DNA from: Pseudomonadota bacterium | Lineage (GTDB): Bacteria > Desulfobacterota > Desulfobulbia > Desulfobulbales > Desulfocapsaceae | NCBI GenBank assembly: GCA_018821785.1 | Contig: JAHJLI010000039.1 | Location: forward strand, 8,878 to 72,877 | DNA: 64,000 nucleotides | Reading direction: 5' to 3' | Shown here: positions 46,905 to 58,112 of the stretch, one piece after another | How positions within the stretch are numbered: the first letter of the stretch is position 1 | How the letters are laid out: each line of letters begins with the position of its first letter | Made by a program: the position numbers and the translations under genes | Notes under the pieces: generated by a model | Databases searched by the model: none | What the model was told of the DNA's origin: nothing | What the model saw: the letters and a program-made list of their open reading frames with translations, nothing else

Positions 46905-47978
46905 ATGAAACGTTTTGGGAAGATCGCCTTTACTTTGGCGGCCTGTATGCTTGTAGCATCCCCGGCATTGGCCGCCGAAAAAGTCCGCTGGAAACTAGCT
47001 ATGACCTGGGCAAGCACTCTTACCCCACTGGCATCACCGGCTCCGAAAATGGCAAAACTCGTCAGTGAAATGACCGGCGGGAATTTCGAGATCAAAGTGG
47101 ACGGCGCCGAAAAGCATAAAGCCGGCCTGGAAATTCTCGATATGGTCAAAGGCGGCCAGTACGAAATGGGACACACTGCTTCCTATTACTGGAAAGGCAA
47201 AGACATCACCACCGTCTTCTTTACCTCCGTTCCCTTCGGAATGACCTCCGATGAGCAGAACGCCTGGCTGTACTACGGCGATGGCATGAAACTGCAGCAA
47301 AAGGTCTACAGCAAGTTTAACGTCCTCTCCTACCCCGGCGGCAACACCGGCGTCCAGATGGGCGGATGGTTCAGAAAAGAGATCAAGACCGTCGACGACC
47401 TGAAAGGTCTGAAAATGCGAATTCCCGGCCTGGCCGGTGAAGTATTCGCCAAGCTTGGCGTCAATGTCACCAACATCGCCCCGGGCGAACTCTATACCTC
47501 CCTTGATCGCGGCACCATTGACGCCCTTGAGTGGGTAGGCCCCGGTATGGACATTAAAATGGGCTTCCACAAGATAGCACCATTTTACTACGCCGGCTGG
47601 CATGAGCCTGCCTCAGACATGCAGTTCCTAATCAATAAAGACGAATATGCCAAATTGTCGCTGGAGTACAAGGTGATTCTGGATACCGCAATGAAGGCTG
47701 TAAGTGCGGACATGCTCGCCGAAAATTATGATGCCAGCGCTATGGCTTGGGCTCAGATGAAAACAGAATTCCCCAATATCAAGGTTATGATCTTCCCGAA
47801 AGAAGTCCTCAAGGCTATGAACAAGGCCAACGATGAGGTGATGGCAGCATATTCCGCTCAGAACGCCGAATTCAAAGAAGTGTATGATTCGCAGCAGGCA
47901 TATATTAAAAAGGCCCGCCAGTGGAGCAGAATGTCGACCCAGTACTATCTTGAGACAACCCAGATGGTTGAGGAATAA
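46905..47978 (+). CDS. dctP: TRAP transporter substrate-binding protein (alpha-keto acid/monocarboxylate type)
   Basis: WKLAMTW, HTASYYWKGK, GNTGVQMGGWFRKEI, LKGLKMRIPG, GTIDALEW. Confidence 0.9.
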   Translation: MKRFGKIAFTLAACMLVASPALAAEKVRWKLAMTWASTLTPLASPAPKMAKLVSEMTGGNFEIKVDGAEKHKAGLEILDMVKGGQYEMGHTASYYWKGKDITTVFFTSVPFGMTSDEQNAWLYYGDGMKLQQKVYSKFNVLSYPGGNTGVQMGGWFRKEIKTVDDLKGLKMRIPGLAGEVFAKLGVNVTNIAPGELYTSLDRGTIDALEWVGPGMDIKMGFHKIAPFYYAGWHEPASDMQFLINKDEYAKLSLEYKVILDTAMKAVSADMLAENYDASAMAWAQMKTEFPNIKVMIFPKEVLKAMNKANDEVMAAYSAQNAEFKEVYDSQQAYIKKARQWSRMSTQYYLETTQMVEE

Positions 47979-48019
47979 TTCCTCCGGGTTTTGATGCGGC
48001 TTACTCACTGCCGATCTCG

Positions 48020-48059
48020 CCGTCCATTCGCCGTAAAAGGCGGATGGACGGTTTTTTTT
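48020..48059 (+). terminator. Intrinsic terminator/attenuator after dctP
   Basis: CCGTCCATTCGCC-GTAAAA-GGCGGATGGACGG followed by T8. Confidence 0.8.
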
Positions 48060-48206
48060 ATTTACAACAATTCTCCGACGTGCCATGTTGGAGCGGATGT
48101 CTGTTTCCTGGTGTTTTCAATGGATTGTTTTGGATTTTCGTTTATCAGGTTTGGGGTATGGAAAATTCGGAGTGTGGTATTACTGAACTGAAGCGGGGAC
48201 GTCGAG

Positions 48207-48758
48207 ATGCTGATCAAGATTGAAAATTTTTATCATCGATTGAATAGATTCTGGGGAAAATTGCTTTCAATTGTTTTTTTGCTGATGGCAGCCAATGTAT
48301 TTTTTGATGTCATCATGCGCTATTTTTTCCACAACAGCGCGGTGGCAATGCAGGAGTTGGAATGGCATCTTTTCTCAATTGTCATCCTCTTTGGGGTTTC
48401 CGTCTCCCTTCTTGATGAAGCCCACGTCCGGGTCGATTTTCTTTATGATCGCTTTTCCTTACGAACAAAAGCAATCATCAATATTATCGGTACCATTTTC
48501 TTTCTGCTGCCCCTTGCCCTCTTGATTTTCTATGGTTCCTTCCACTTTGTCATGGACTCCTACCAGATCCAGGAAATTTCCGAAAACCCCGGCGGCCTGC
48601 CCTATCGTTATCTGATCAAGGGCATGATTCCCTTGTCGTTTCTCTTCCTGATCTTTACTGCCTTCGGGTATGTCGTGCAGAACATCAATATTATCAGAAG
48701 TTCAAGGTCTGGTAAACCCCGCCTGCAGCTGCACAGCACCATGGAGGAAAGCAAATGA
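48207..48758 (+). CDS. dctQ: TRAP small permease
   Basis: Four TM segments; QELEWHLF, HVRVDFLYD. Confidence 0.9.
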   Translation: MLIKIENFYHRLNRFWGKLLSIVFLLMAANVFFDVIMRYFFHNSAVAMQELEWHLFSIVILFGVSVSLLDEAHVRVDFLYDRFSLRTKAIINIIGTIFFLLPLALLIFYGSFHFVMDSYQIQEISENPGGLPYRYLIKGMIPLSFLFLIFTAFGYVVQNINIIRSSRSGKPRLQLHSTMEESK

Positions 48759-50089
48759 TCGGTATCATAATGTTCATTTCCGCCCTGGCGCTCCTTGCCA
48801 TCGGCTATCCGGTCGCTTTTACCTTTGGCTCAGTTTCCATCTTCTTCGGTATCCTGGCGGCTATTGTCGAGATTGCACCTGATGTCAGTATGGCCGCCGT
48901 TTCCAAAGAATTCCTGCAAATGTTTTCGATGATGCCCTTCCGGGTCTACTCGATCATGAACAACACCATCCTCATGGCCATTCCCCTCTTTATTTTTATG
49001 GGGATTGTCCTGCAAAGATCGCAACTCGCAGAGAAACTGTTGGAGGCGATGGGCACTTTGTTTGGAAGAGTCAGGGGTGGAATTGCCGTCAGTACGGTGC
49101 TGGTAGGGGCTATGCTGGCCGCCTCTACAGGGGTGGTCGGTGCCTCGGTGGTGGCCATGGGAGTCATCTCCCTGCCGGTCATGCTGAAGTACGGCTATTC
49201 CAAGAAACTGGCGACGGGAACCATCTGCGCCGCCGGAACCCTAGGCCAGATTATCCCGCCCTCCGTGGTCCTGATCGTCCTCGGTGACATCTTCCAGCTA
49301 CCTGTTGGCGACCTCTTCCAGGCCGCATTGTGGCCAGGCCTGATGCTGGTCGCCTTTTATGTCGTCTATATTCTCATTTTTGCAGTAATCAACAAGAATG
49401 CCGCGCCGGCCATGCCGGCCCTTGAAGGCTCCACACTTGGCAATATCGGCCGGGCCCTTCTCGCCATCCTGCCGCCGATGACGCTTATCGTCATGGTTCT
49501 GGGCTCGATCTTCGCAGGTATTGCCACCCCCACCGAATCGGCTGCAGTGGGCTGCATCGGGGCCATGATCCTGGCTGCCATGTACCGGAAACTGAGCTGG
49601 CAGGTTGTTGAAGAGTCGGGACTTGAAACGGTAAAGGTTACCGCCATGGTCTTTGCTATCCTCATCGGCGCCACCGCTTTTTCCATGGTCTTTCTTTACA
49701 GCGGCGCCGATTCCCTCGTCGAAGAAGCCTTGGTCAATCTGCCCGGCCAGAAGTGGACCTTCCTGTTCCTGTCGATGGTGACAATTTTTATTCTTGGCTT
49801 TTTTATCGACTTTTTCGAGATCTGCTACATCGTCGTCCCGGTCCTGCTGCCCATCGTCCATGTTCTCGGGCTTGATCCGCTGTTTTTTGCCATCATGATC
49901 GCCATGAACCTGCAGACTTCTTTTTTGACGCCTCCTTTCGGCTTCTCTCTTTTTTATTTGAAAGGGGTCTGCCCGCCGGAGGTACGTACCACCGACATCT
50001 ACAAGGGGGTCATGCCCTTTATTGTCCTCCAGGTTATTGTTCTGTTATCTGTGGCTATCTATCCGGAATTTTACGGCATGGCAAAATAA
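48755..50089 (+). CDS. dctM: TRAP large permease
   Basis: LMAIPLFIFMG, AAGTLGQIIPPS, TPTESAAVG, SFLTPPFG. Confidence 0.93.
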   Translation: MIGIIMFISALALLAIGYPVAFTFGSVSIFFGILAAIVEIAPDVSMAAVSKEFLQMFSMMPFRVYSIMNNTILMAIPLFIFMGIVLQRSQLAEKLLEAMGTLFGRVRGGIAVSTVLVGAMLAASTGVVGASVVAMGVISLPVMLKYGYSKKLATGTICAAGTLGQIIPPSVVLIVLGDIFQLPVGDLFQAALWPGLMLVAFYVVYILIFAVINKNAAPAMPALEGSTLGNIGRALLAILPPMTLIVMVLGSIFAGIATPTESAAVGCIGAMILAAMYRKLSWQVVEESGLETVKVTAMVFAILIGATAFSMVFLYSGADSLVEEALVNLPGQKWTFLFLSMVTIFILGFFIDFFEICYIVVPVLLPIVHVLGLDPLFFAIMIAMNLQTSFLTPPFGFSLFYLKGVCPPEVRTTDIYKGVMPFIVLQVIVLLSVAIYPEFYGMAK

Positions 50090-50145
50090 AAATTGTAGCA
50101 AGGAGCCGCACCAACCGACTCCTCACATAGCATTTTCGACTCACC

Positions 50146-50847
50146 TCACCGGTTGCGGAAATATTCCTGGACATATCTGATGTGGGTATACATAGCGTCA
50201 TACGCTGCCTGGGGATTCCGCCGTTCTATTGCGGCAAAAATTGCCTGATGATGGTGCAACACATCCTCGAGCGCCGCTCGATCCATATACATATGGGTGA
50301 GATTTTTCTTGATTCCGACGAAGAGGAAATCATAGAAATTCCGCATAAGGTGGATAAGAACCGGATTTTTTGTCGAAAATGTCACAGCCATATGAAAGGC
50401 GGTATCAGGAGTGGTACCGATTTTATCGGTCTCGGCCAGGTCTTCAGTCATCTCCTCCAGGCTTTTGCGAATCGCCCGTATATCCGCATCCGTCGCCCTC
50501 TGAGCCGCCAGCATGGCAGCGTTGCATTCCAACCCCAGTCGCACCTCTAGCAGATCGTCAAGCGTTGCCTCATCAGTTGCCATTACTGCCGCCAGCGGAT
50601 TACCTTGCCTGTTTTCCGGGGAACTGACGAAGGTGCCTTGCCCCTGTCGATGTTCAAGAAGCCCCAGAGTCACCAGTTTATTGATAGCATTGCGAACTGA
50701 GGTCCTGCTCACAGCCATGGAGACTGCCAGTTCCCGCTCCGGGAGAATCTGCTGCCCAGGCTTGAACTCTCCCTTGTAAATCAATTCCCGAATTTGTTCA
50801 AATATCTGGTCTGAAATGCGTTTTGGTTTTATTGGTTTGAGGTTCAT
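50146..50847 (-). CDS. FadR/GntR family regulator (LldR/PdhR-like)
   Basis: ILPERELA..MAVSRTSVRNAI...LLEHRQGQGTFV; FCD domain LEVRLGLE...N.VL...HHHQAIFAAI. Confidence 0.9.
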   Translation of the reverse strand: MNLKPIKPKRISDQIFEQIRELIYKGEFKPGQQILPERELAVSMAVSRTSVRNAINKLVTLGLLEHRQGQGTFVSSPENRQGNPLAAVMATDEATLDDLLEVRLGLECNAAMLAAQRATDADIRAIRKSLEEMTEDLAETDKIGTTPDTAFHMAVTFSTKNPVLIHLMRNFYDFLFVGIKKNLTHMYMDRAALEDVLHHHQAIFAAIERRNPQAAYDAMYTHIRYVQEYFRNR

Positions 50848-50971
50848 CAGTTTTTATTAGATTCTTCCTTTGTTGATTATTAGTGACACCAAAATCCCCA
50901 CCAAGTCTTGCTGATCTTTACAAAAAAAACCTTTCTCATCCCGACGACCAATGCAACAGTACACCGGTCCA

Positions 50972-50989
50972 TATTGGTATGACCTTTGC
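50972..50989. promoter_or_regulatory. FadR-type box and/or sigma54-like site
   Basis: TATTGGTATGACCTTTGC: fits TGGT-N3-ACC (FadR-like) and also GG-N10-GC spacing on the plus strand; ambiguous. Confidence 0.4.
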
Positions 50990-51180
50990 CATGCACGACG
51001 AGGGAAAAGCGTACGTAAAAGAAAACCAATACATACTCCAGGCCGCATCCACACAATCTAGCAAAGATAGATTTTGCCATCAATCATTTTTTCCTTTTCT
51101 TGACAATGGGCAGCAAATTGGTAATACCAATACCCAGACAGGCAACAGGAAAAACTCAAATTCTTCAAAGGAAAAACACA

Positions 51181-51381
51181 ATGCGTGGAAGACTTGTTAA
51201 TAGCAATAATCTCTGCACCAACCCAGACAACCACAAGCTGCACATCTGCGAGCTGACCAAGGCCGGAAAAGCCGAAGAAATTATTGATCTGCAAAAGATC
51301 CCGCAATTCATTTGCGGTAATTGTGGACAAAAGGCCAACACCCCCGGCGCCCTGTGCGCTCCCGGTCCTTTTCAAGAATAG
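51181..51381 (+). CDS. Small Cys/His-rich hypothetical protein
   Basis: 66 aa; HKLHICEL...FICGNCGQKAN...LCAPGP; AAGGA RBS. Confidence 0.65.
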   Translation: MRGRLVNSNNLCTNPDNHKLHICELTKAGKAEEIIDLQKIPQFICGNCGQKANTPGALCAPGPFQE

Positions 51382-51456
51382 CCTTCTTCTTTCAAACGAC
51401 CAATGCATCTATTTTGGTGCATGTAGCAAATATTCATCAAAATAACCGGGCAGTCT

Positions 51457-53070
51457 CTAGCGGTTAATATCTGCCAGCAGATTCATTGGCCCCGGTTCGA
51501 AGATTTTCCGGTTCATTAGCCTCGGAGGACCATCGATTAGAGGAATGAAATCCATCTGCGCCAAGATATCTTTCTCCAAATCAATACCCGGCGCTATCTC
51601 AACCAACTCCATACCCTTAACGGTGAGGATGAAGACGCAACGTTCGGTGATGTAGAGAATTCTCTGCCCACTTTTTTGCGAATAATCACCGCTGAAGGTG
51701 ACATGCTCTACCTTTCCAGCGACAAACTTCCGCGACCGTCCCTCCTGCTCAATGGTCAGACGTCCTTCGCCTATCGTCGCTTTCAGCCCGCCGGCGGTAA
51801 AGGTGCCAAGAAAAGCCACTGTCTTGGCATTCTGACTGATATTGATAAAGCCGCCCGCTCCGGTCAGTTTTGCGCCGAATTTACTGACGTTGACATTTCC
51901 TCTGGCATCAACCTGAGCCATCCCGAGAAATGCGATATCAAGCCCACCGCCATCATAGAAATCAAACTGATAAGGTTGGTCAATGATCGCCTGAGCGTTG
52001 GCGGCAGCACCAAAATTAAGCCCTCCCGACGGTATTCCACCGATTATTCCCGGCTCGGCAGTCAACACCAGGCGGTCGAGCATTTCTTCCTCGTTGACGA
52101 CGCTGCTTACTCCTTCCGGCATGCCAATACCGAGGTTGACAATATCCATCGGTCTTAGCTCAGCTGCCGCCCGCCGGGCAATTATCTTGCGCGGCCCCAT
52201 GGCCATCGGCGGGATAGATTGTACCGGAACCTTCACCTCCCCGGAAAATGCAGGATTATATTGGTCGCCAAAGGTCTGCCAGTGGTTCTCCGGCTTGGCG
52301 ACAACAACGCAGTCAACAAAGATGCCCGGAATTTTCACTTGCCGGGAGTTAAGAGACCCGCGCTCGGCAGCCCGCTCAACCTGAACAATGACTGTGCCGC
52401 CGGAATTCCTGGCCGCTATGGCGATGGCCAGCATTTCCAGGGTGACAGCCTCTCTTTCCATGGTAATATTGCCGTCCTGATCGCCGGTTGTTCCTCTGAT
52501 AATGGCCACGTTGACCGGCATGGTCTTGTAAGCTAGGTACTCTTTTCCGTCAAACTCGATGAGTTCGACGATGTCTTCCACCGTCGCTTCATTAATCTTC
52601 CCTCCGCCATTTCGCGGATCGACAAAGGTACCCAAACCGACATGGGTGATAGTTCTGGGCTTATGGGCACCGATATCCCTGAACATATGGGAAATCACCC
52701 CCTGCGGGATGTTGTAGGCGACGATCTTATTCTCCACCGCCAACTTCTGTAACTTGGGGACCAAGCCCCAATGTCCGCCGATAACTCTCGCTACCATTCC
52801 TTCATGACCCAAATGGTTTAGCCCTCTTTCTCCCCCATCCCCCTGACCGGCAGCATACAGGAGCGTAAGGTCCCGCGGCATTCCAGTCTCAACAAAGCGT
52901 TTTTCCAGAGCGATGGTGACTTCTTCGGCAAAGCCAATGCCAACAAATCCACCCGTAGCAATTGTGTCGCCACTTTTGATCCTGGCAACTGCCTCCTCAA
53001 CACTCATAATTTTGTTTTTTTTCCCACCAGCTGAAGATCCATTGCCGGAAAATGTCATAATATCACCCAA
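51457..53070 (-). CDS. Acyl-CoA:acetate CoA-transferase (propionate CoA-transferase/YdiF family); start 53070 or 53058
   Basis: [31 protein letters not shown] (catalytic Glu), YITERCVF. Confidence 0.9.
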   Translation of the reverse strand: MGDIMTFSGNGSSAGGKKNKIMSVEEAVARIKSGDTIATGGFVGIGFAEEVTIALEKRFVETGMPRDLTLLYAAGQGDGGERGLNHLGHEGMVARVIGGHWGLVPKLQKLAVENKIVAYNIPQGVISHMFRDIGAHKPRTITHVGLGTFVDPRNGGGKINEATVEDIVELIEFDGKEYLAYKTMPVNVAIIRGTTGDQDGNITMEREAVTLEMLAIAIAARNSGGTVIVQVERAAERGSLNSRQVKIPGIFVDCVVVAKPENHWQTFGDQYNPAFSGEVKVPVQSIPPMAMGPRKIIARRAAAELRPMDIVNLGIGMPEGVSSVVNEEEMLDRLVLTAEPGIIGGIPSGGLNFGAAANAQAIIDQPYQFDFYDGGGLDIAFLGMAQVDARGNVNVSKFGAKLTGAGGFINISQNAKTVAFLGTFTAGGLKATIGEGRLTIEQEGRSRKFVAGKVEHVTFSGDYSQKSGQRILYITERCVFILTVKGMELVEIAPGIDLEKDILAQMDFIPLIDGPPRLMNRKIFEPGPMNLLADINR

Positions 53071-53140
53071 TTCGTTATCGTGTTTTTGCCGATGCGCTCC
53101 ATTTCAACAAGGAGCAAAAAATGTTTTCTTGCAGCTATTT

Positions 53141-53158
53141 ATGCAAACCGCATGCCTG
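53141..53158 (-). promoter_or_regulatory. Sigma54 (-24/-12) promoter for the CoA-transferase
   Basis: Minus strand CAGGCATG-CGGT-TTGCAT versus consensus TGGCACG-N4-TTGCW; about 70 nt before the start. Confidence 0.65.
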
Positions 53159-53533
53159 TGTAGCAGACTCCCACTACCGATGCTTCGGATCCTTACTTGC
53201 CCACGCCTTAAAAAAATCAGTTTTTCAGATTCCCCGCAGGATGGCTATACCTTTTTTTTGGGGGGTTAGACAGTATCATCAGCAAGAGTACAACCTCCCA
53301 TCCCTTCGCTTGAGGAAATGTATGTGTAGCAGAATTGCGCCACCATGTGCTGTTTTCCCAAACGGATACAAGGATGATCATCACCTGATGATACGTGTTT
53401 GTTTTAAGCCTTTGCTTTTTACAAAATTTTTATCTATCATGTGAGGTCGCTCTGAGTCTCAATGACTTTTTCATTTATATCGGTACACAACAGAGGCCGA
53501 CAATCAATCAGACTTACTTTAGGCAGGACCACC

Positions 53534-55138
53534 ATGGCTCATTACGTTGAACTTTACGACACCACCCTGCGCGACGGAACGCAGGCGGAGAATTTCAATC
53601 TCTCCGTTGAAGACAAAATTCGCATTACCATGGCCCTTGATGAGCTGGGCATAGATTTTATAGAAGGGGGTTGGCCTGGTTCAAATCCGGTTTCCGTCGA
53701 CTATTTCGAACGGATGCAGTCCTTCAAGCTGAAACACGCCAAACTCACCGCCTTTGGCTCAACCCGTCACTTCAAAAACAGCCCGGCCAAAGACCCCAAT
53801 CTCATGGCGCTGTTACACGCCAAGACCCCGGCGCTGACCATTTTCGGCAAAAGCTGGGATATTCATGTGCGTGACGCCCTGCATATCGAACTGGAAGACA
53901 ACCTGCAGATTATTGAGGATACTCTCGCTTTCCTGCGGCAGCATGTCGACTTTCTTTTCTATGATGCCGAACACTTTTTTGACGGTTTCAAAAATAACGA
54001 GGAATATGCTCTCAGAACTCTGGAAAGTGCCGTAAGTGGCGGGGCCGAGACAATCATCCTCTGCGACACCAATGGCGGCACCTTGCCCCACGAAATCCCC
54101 CCGATAATCGCCAGGGTCATGACTCATCTTGCGGAAAAAGACAAAACCGTCCATCTCGGCATTCATGCTCACAACGACTCGGAAACTGCCGTTGCCAACT
54201 CCCTGATTGCCGTCTCCCTGTCAAAGGTTCGGCAGGTACAGGGAACGATGAACGGCTTTGGCGAGCGCTGCGGCAATGCCAACCTCACCTCGATCATTCC
54301 GGCACTGGTGTTCAAGATGGGTGTTGAATGCGAGGTACGCAAAAATATCGACCAGCTTTACACCACCTCGCGCCTCGTCAATGAACTGGCTAATCTGCCG
54401 CATAGCCGATATCAACCCTACGTTGGGGCATCAGCTTTCGCCCACAAAGGGGGCATCCACGTCAGCGCGGTAAAACAGAACCCGCTCACCTATGAACATA
54501 TCGCCCCGGACAAGGTCGGCAATATTCGCCGCATCCTCATCTCCGACCAGTCAGGAAAGGCCAATATTTTGCACAAAGCAAAACAATGGGGTCTGCCGCT
54601 GTCGGCGGAGGACCCTGTTCTGGCGTCGATCATCAGCGAGTTGAAAGATCTGGAAAACCAGGGGTACCAATACGAAGGCGCTGAAGCGAGTTTTGAGCTG
54701 CTCATGCGCCGCGCCATGGGTTTGCAGAGAAACTACTTCAGGTTCGAGAGCTTCCTGGTGATGAACCATAAATATCTGATGGACAAACCTCCACTCACCG
54801 AAGCGACAATCCGCATGTTTGTCGGCGGCAGCGAAGTCCATACCGCCGCCATGGGAGACGGTCCGGTAAACGCCCTTGACTGCGCCATCCGCAAGGCTCT
54901 AACCCGTTTCTATCCAAGCCTTGAAGAAATGGAACTGACCGACTACAAGGTCCGGGTGCTCTCCGGCGAACACGGCACCGAGGCAAGAGTCCGGGTTCTT
55001 GTGGAAAGCCGGGACAGGCAGAATACCTGGGGCACCGTCGGAGTCTCGGTAAATATCATTGAAGCCAGCTGGCAGGCCCTGGTCGACAGCATCAACTACA
55101 AACTCATGCAGGAGGACAATAAAAAACTTGAAGGATAG
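53534..55138 (+). CDS. cimA: Citramalate synthase
   Basis: YDTTLRDGTQAE, IEGGWPGSNP, FYDAEHFFDG, HAHNDS, AFAHKGGIHVSAV, GDGPVNALD. Confidence 0.92.
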   Translation: MAHYVELYDTTLRDGTQAENFNLSVEDKIRITMALDELGIDFIEGGWPGSNPVSVDYFERMQSFKLKHAKLTAFGSTRHFKNSPAKDPNLMALLHAKTPALTIFGKSWDIHVRDALHIELEDNLQIIEDTLAFLRQHVDFLFYDAEHFFDGFKNNEEYALRTLESAVSGGAETIILCDTNGGTLPHEIPPIIARVMTHLAEKDKTVHLGIHAHNDSETAVANSLIAVSLSKVRQVQGTMNGFGERCGNANLTSIIPALVFKMGVECEVRKNIDQLYTTSRLVNELANLPHSRYQPYVGASAFAHKGGIHVSAVKQNPLTYEHIAPDKVGNIRRILISDQSGKANILHKAKQWGLPLSAEDPVLASIISELKDLENQGYQYEGAEASFELLMRRAMGLQRNYFRFESFLVMNHKYLMDKPPLTEATIRMFVGGSEVHTAAMGDGPVNALDCAIRKALTRFYPSLEEMELTDYKVRVLSGEHGTEARVRVLVESRDRQNTWGTVGVSVNIIEASWQALVDSINYKLMQEDNKKLEG

Positions 55139-55303
55139 CTTCGTTGCAGATGATTCCCTGAAAAACTGATATATTAATGTGTCAATATATACTCCTAGCC
55201 CTAGATTCCAGCCAAACATTATGGTATCTTGCCTGCAGTATGTCGCGCAGTAAACTTTGTTTTTTATGATACAATCCGAAAAAACCTTCCCAAGGAGAAC
55301 CAG

Positions 55304-56281
55304 ATGAAAACCCCAGTACGTGTTGCCATTACCGGCGCTGCCGGACAGATCAGTTATTCCCTTATTTTTCGTGTTGCAGCCGGCGATATGTTGGGAATGG
55401 ACCAACCGGTCATTCTTCAGCTCCTGGAAATCCCTCCGGCGATGAAAGCCCTGGAAGGAGTGGTTATGGAACTCAACGACTGTGCCTTTCCGCTGGTTGC
55501 CGGAATCGTCGCCACCGATGACCCGAACATCGCCTTCAAGGATGTCGATTTTGCCCTTCTCGTCGGCTCCAGACCCCGTGGTCCCGGCATGGAACGTTCT
55601 GATCTTCTCAAAGCCAACGGCGCCATCTTTACTGTGCAGGGCAAAGCGCTGAACGATCATGCCAGCCGCAATGTAAAAGTCCTGGTAGTCGGCAACCCAG
55701 CCAATACCAATGCCCTCATCGCCATGAAAAATGCCCCGGACCTCAGTCCCCGCAATTTCACCTCGATGATGCGTCTCGACCATAATCGGGCTATGTCGCA
55801 AATCGCCGGAAAAACTGGCAGTCATTCTTCCAAAGTCGAAAAAATTGTCGTGTGGGGCAACCATTCCGCCACCCAGTTCCCCGACATCAGTTATGCCACC
55901 GTCGACGGCGTTCCGGTAAAAGACAAGGTCGACAACGAGTGGTATGTGCAATATTTCATCCCCACCGTGCAGCAGCGCGGCGCAGCGATCATCAAGGCCC
56001 GTGGTGCCTCCAGCGCCGCCTCCGCCGCTTCTTCAGCAATCGACCATATACGTGACTGGGCCCTTGGCTCGAATGGCCGCTGGGTCAGCATGGGAGTATG
56101 CAGTGCCGGTAACAGCTACGGGATCAACCAAGACCTGATGTACGCCCTGCCCATTACCTGTGAAAACGGTGAGTGGAAAGAGGTCACTGGTTTGCCGGTA
56201 AGCGACTTTGCCCGCCAGATGATGACTGCAACCGAGCAGGAACTCCTTTCCGAAAAAGAGGCGATTGCCGATCTACTGTAA
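55304..56281 (+). CDS. mdh: Malate dehydrogenase (type 2)
   Basis: [51 protein letters not shown]. Confidence 0.95.
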   Translation: MKTPVRVAITGAAGQISYSLIFRVAAGDMLGMDQPVILQLLEIPPAMKALEGVVMELNDCAFPLVAGIVATDDPNIAFKDVDFALLVGSRPRGPGMERSDLLKANGAIFTVQGKALNDHASRNVKVLVVGNPANTNALIAMKNAPDLSPRNFTSMMRLDHNRAMSQIAGKTGSHSSKVEKIVVWGNHSATQFPDISYATVDGVPVKDKVDNEWYVQYFIPTVQQRGAAIIKARGASSAASAASSAIDHIRDWALGSNGRWVSMGVCSAGNSYGINQDLMYALPITCENGEWKEVTGLPVSDFARQMMTATEQELLSEKEAIADLL

Positions 56282-56301
56282 TCCCTCTCTGACTTTTCAG
56301 C

Positions 56302-56337
56302 ATGCAGTGAGTGCTGCTTTCTCAGCACTCACTGCAT
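56302..56337. terminator. Convergent hairpin between mdh and aor
   Basis: Perfect 15 bp stem ATGCAGTGAGTGCTG/CAGCACTCACTGCAT. Confidence 0.65.
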
Positions 56338-56354
56338 TTGTTCTTCCCTCTGCC

Positions 56355-58112
56355 TTACTTCGGCGTATCCACTTCTTTTACAAGAGCCATAATCCGGCGG
56401 CCGTATTCGTCCTTCAATTTGTCAAGGTAAGTGCCGTCAATCGTTCCTTTCCAGGTTTTGACCTGATAGAAACGCTTCGGAATAGAAAAATTTTCTGGGT
56501 TAAATCCGGTTTCGGTCCGCACCTTCCAGCGTAATCGACGAATATTTTCCGATGCGGCCGGGATTGACCCGGCAAGGTCGGCAAAGCCGACGATCGCCAA
56601 ACACTCTGCCAACTGTTTCTCAGTATACACAGATCTGGCAAAAAGACAGCCGACCATGGAGGTCAGAAAGGCCCGGCCCGGTTCATCATCTATGAGAAAA
56701 TCGACTGCTTTATTAATATCCTGATCACTGTTTTTCTGGTCATAGCTGTACGCCCCGGTATCAAGATGCGAGTGCCTGAAACCAAGGGTCTGGGCAGCAA
56801 AAAATAATTCGCCGGTGGCATAGCCGGCCATCTCCTGACCAAGAACACAGGCAAATTCAGAGCCCCCGTAAACGTCCGCCGCCCGCAGGGTGCCTTGCCC
56901 TAAAAGCCGATAAAAATCGGTGCTGCCGCAACCGAGGTAATCGGCCGCCTGTTGATAGCCCTTAGCCTCGCCGAAACAGAGAGGCACAAGGGTCTCTTTT
57001 ACGGTAATGAGCCCCCTTTCCGTCGCCTCCGTCGCCCAGGCGAGAGCTACGCCAGCCGACATTGCATCGAGCCCTGCCTTTTCCATGACCTCAAGAATCC
57101 GCAGAACATCGAAGGTATTGGTTATGCCTAGCATGGTTCCGGCCGCAAAAATCGGTTCATAGTCATAGGCTACTTGATGGTAGTGATAACGATTATCCAG
57201 GCCAATTTTTTCCCGGATAAAACCGATATGGATGCAGCCGACCGGACAGCCGGAACAGGCCCCGTTGCGAAGGAGAGTGTCATCGGCAAAAATGCCCCCG
57301 GTAATTGATGCGATAGCCGGGTCAGAAGTCTGCTGCAGGTTTTTCCAGGGAAGGGAAGAGATCTCATTGAGGCTCTCAAGATTTGCAGCTGTACCCAAAT
57401 TGTGATACTTGCGCATCATCTCAGTCGAAGTAACCTTGCTATAGATCTCCTGATATAGGGATCTGTAGGCCTTGTCTTCCGGAACTTTAAAATCGCAATC
57501 GCCATGGATGACGATGCCCTTGATATTTTTCATCCCCATTGCCGCACCGCCACCCATCCTGCCGAAATGGCGATAGGTATCAACATTGATAGCGGCCATA
57601 GCCAGCCCACCCTCGCCCGCAGGGCCGATCCGCATGATCGAGCGATGGCCGCTGCCTTCTTTGAACATTCTCCGGATGAGTTTCCCTGCGCTTTCGGCGT
57701 CCATCCCGCGAAGAAAAGTTGCCTCCTTCATTTCCAGATGGTTGGCCCCTATGCAAAGACAGGATAGCTGTTTCGCTCGTCCGGTGATAACCAGGGCATC
57801 AAGATCGGCGAACCGCAGGGCCAGTGCCGCTCGTCCTCCGGCGTGGCTTTCGGTGTATTCGTTATGGTAGTTCGACTTGAAGGAACAAACCATCTTGCTC
57901 ATGAGCGGAAAGTATCCGGTCAAGGGGCCAATGGCAAAGATCAGCGGCTGAACCGCATCGCTTGCGGGCAAGGTGGGCTGACCATATTTTGCATAGAGCA
58001 TGGCAGCAAGCCCGCTGCCGCCTGCTACCTCATTGCGGCCACCGAGAAGAACAATTTTGCCCCGGCCGACTGTAACATCAAAGAGCAGCACTCGAAACTC
58101 CTGTCGTATCAT
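56355..58112 (-). CDS. aor: Aldehyde:ferredoxin oxidoreductase family (W/Mo)
   Basis: ESHAGGR, IGPAGE, GRMGGGAAMGMKNIKGI, CSGCPVGC, GLDAMSAG. Confidence 0.9.
   Translation of the reverse strand: MIRQEFRVLLFDVTVGRGKIVLLGGRNEVAGGSGLAAMLYAKYGQPTLPASDAVQPLIFAIGPLTGYFPLMSKMVCSFKSNYHNEYTESHAGGRAALALRFADLDALVITGRAKQLSCLCIGANHLEMKEATFLRGMDAESAGKLIRRMFKEGSGHRSIMRIGPAGEGGLAMAAINVDTYRHFGRMGGGAAMGMKNIKGIVIHGDCDFKVPEDKAYRSLYQEIYSKVTSTEMMRKYHNLGTAANLESLNEISSLPWKNLQQTSDPAIASITGGIFADDTLLRNGACSGCPVGCIHIGFIREKIGLDNRYHYHQVAYDYEPIFAAGTMLGITNTFDVLRILEVMEKAGLDAMSAGVALAWATEATERGLITVKETLVPLCFGEAKGYQQAADYLGCGSTDFYRLLGQGTLRAADVYGGSEFACVLGQEMAGYATGELFFAAQTLGFRHSHLDTGAYSYDQKNSDQDINKAVDFLIDDEPGRAFLTSMVGCLFARSVYTEKQLAECLAIVGFADLAGSIPAASENIRRLRWKVRTETGFNPENFSIPKRFYQVKTWKGTIDGTYLDKLKDEYGRRIMALVKEVDTPK

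Noticed and set aside
43464-55951. Long antisense ORFs (43464-44396, 45566-46483, 54899-55951 and similar)
   Set aside because: They mirror well-supported genes (acyltransferase fusion, arginase, mdh) and show no independent coding signal.
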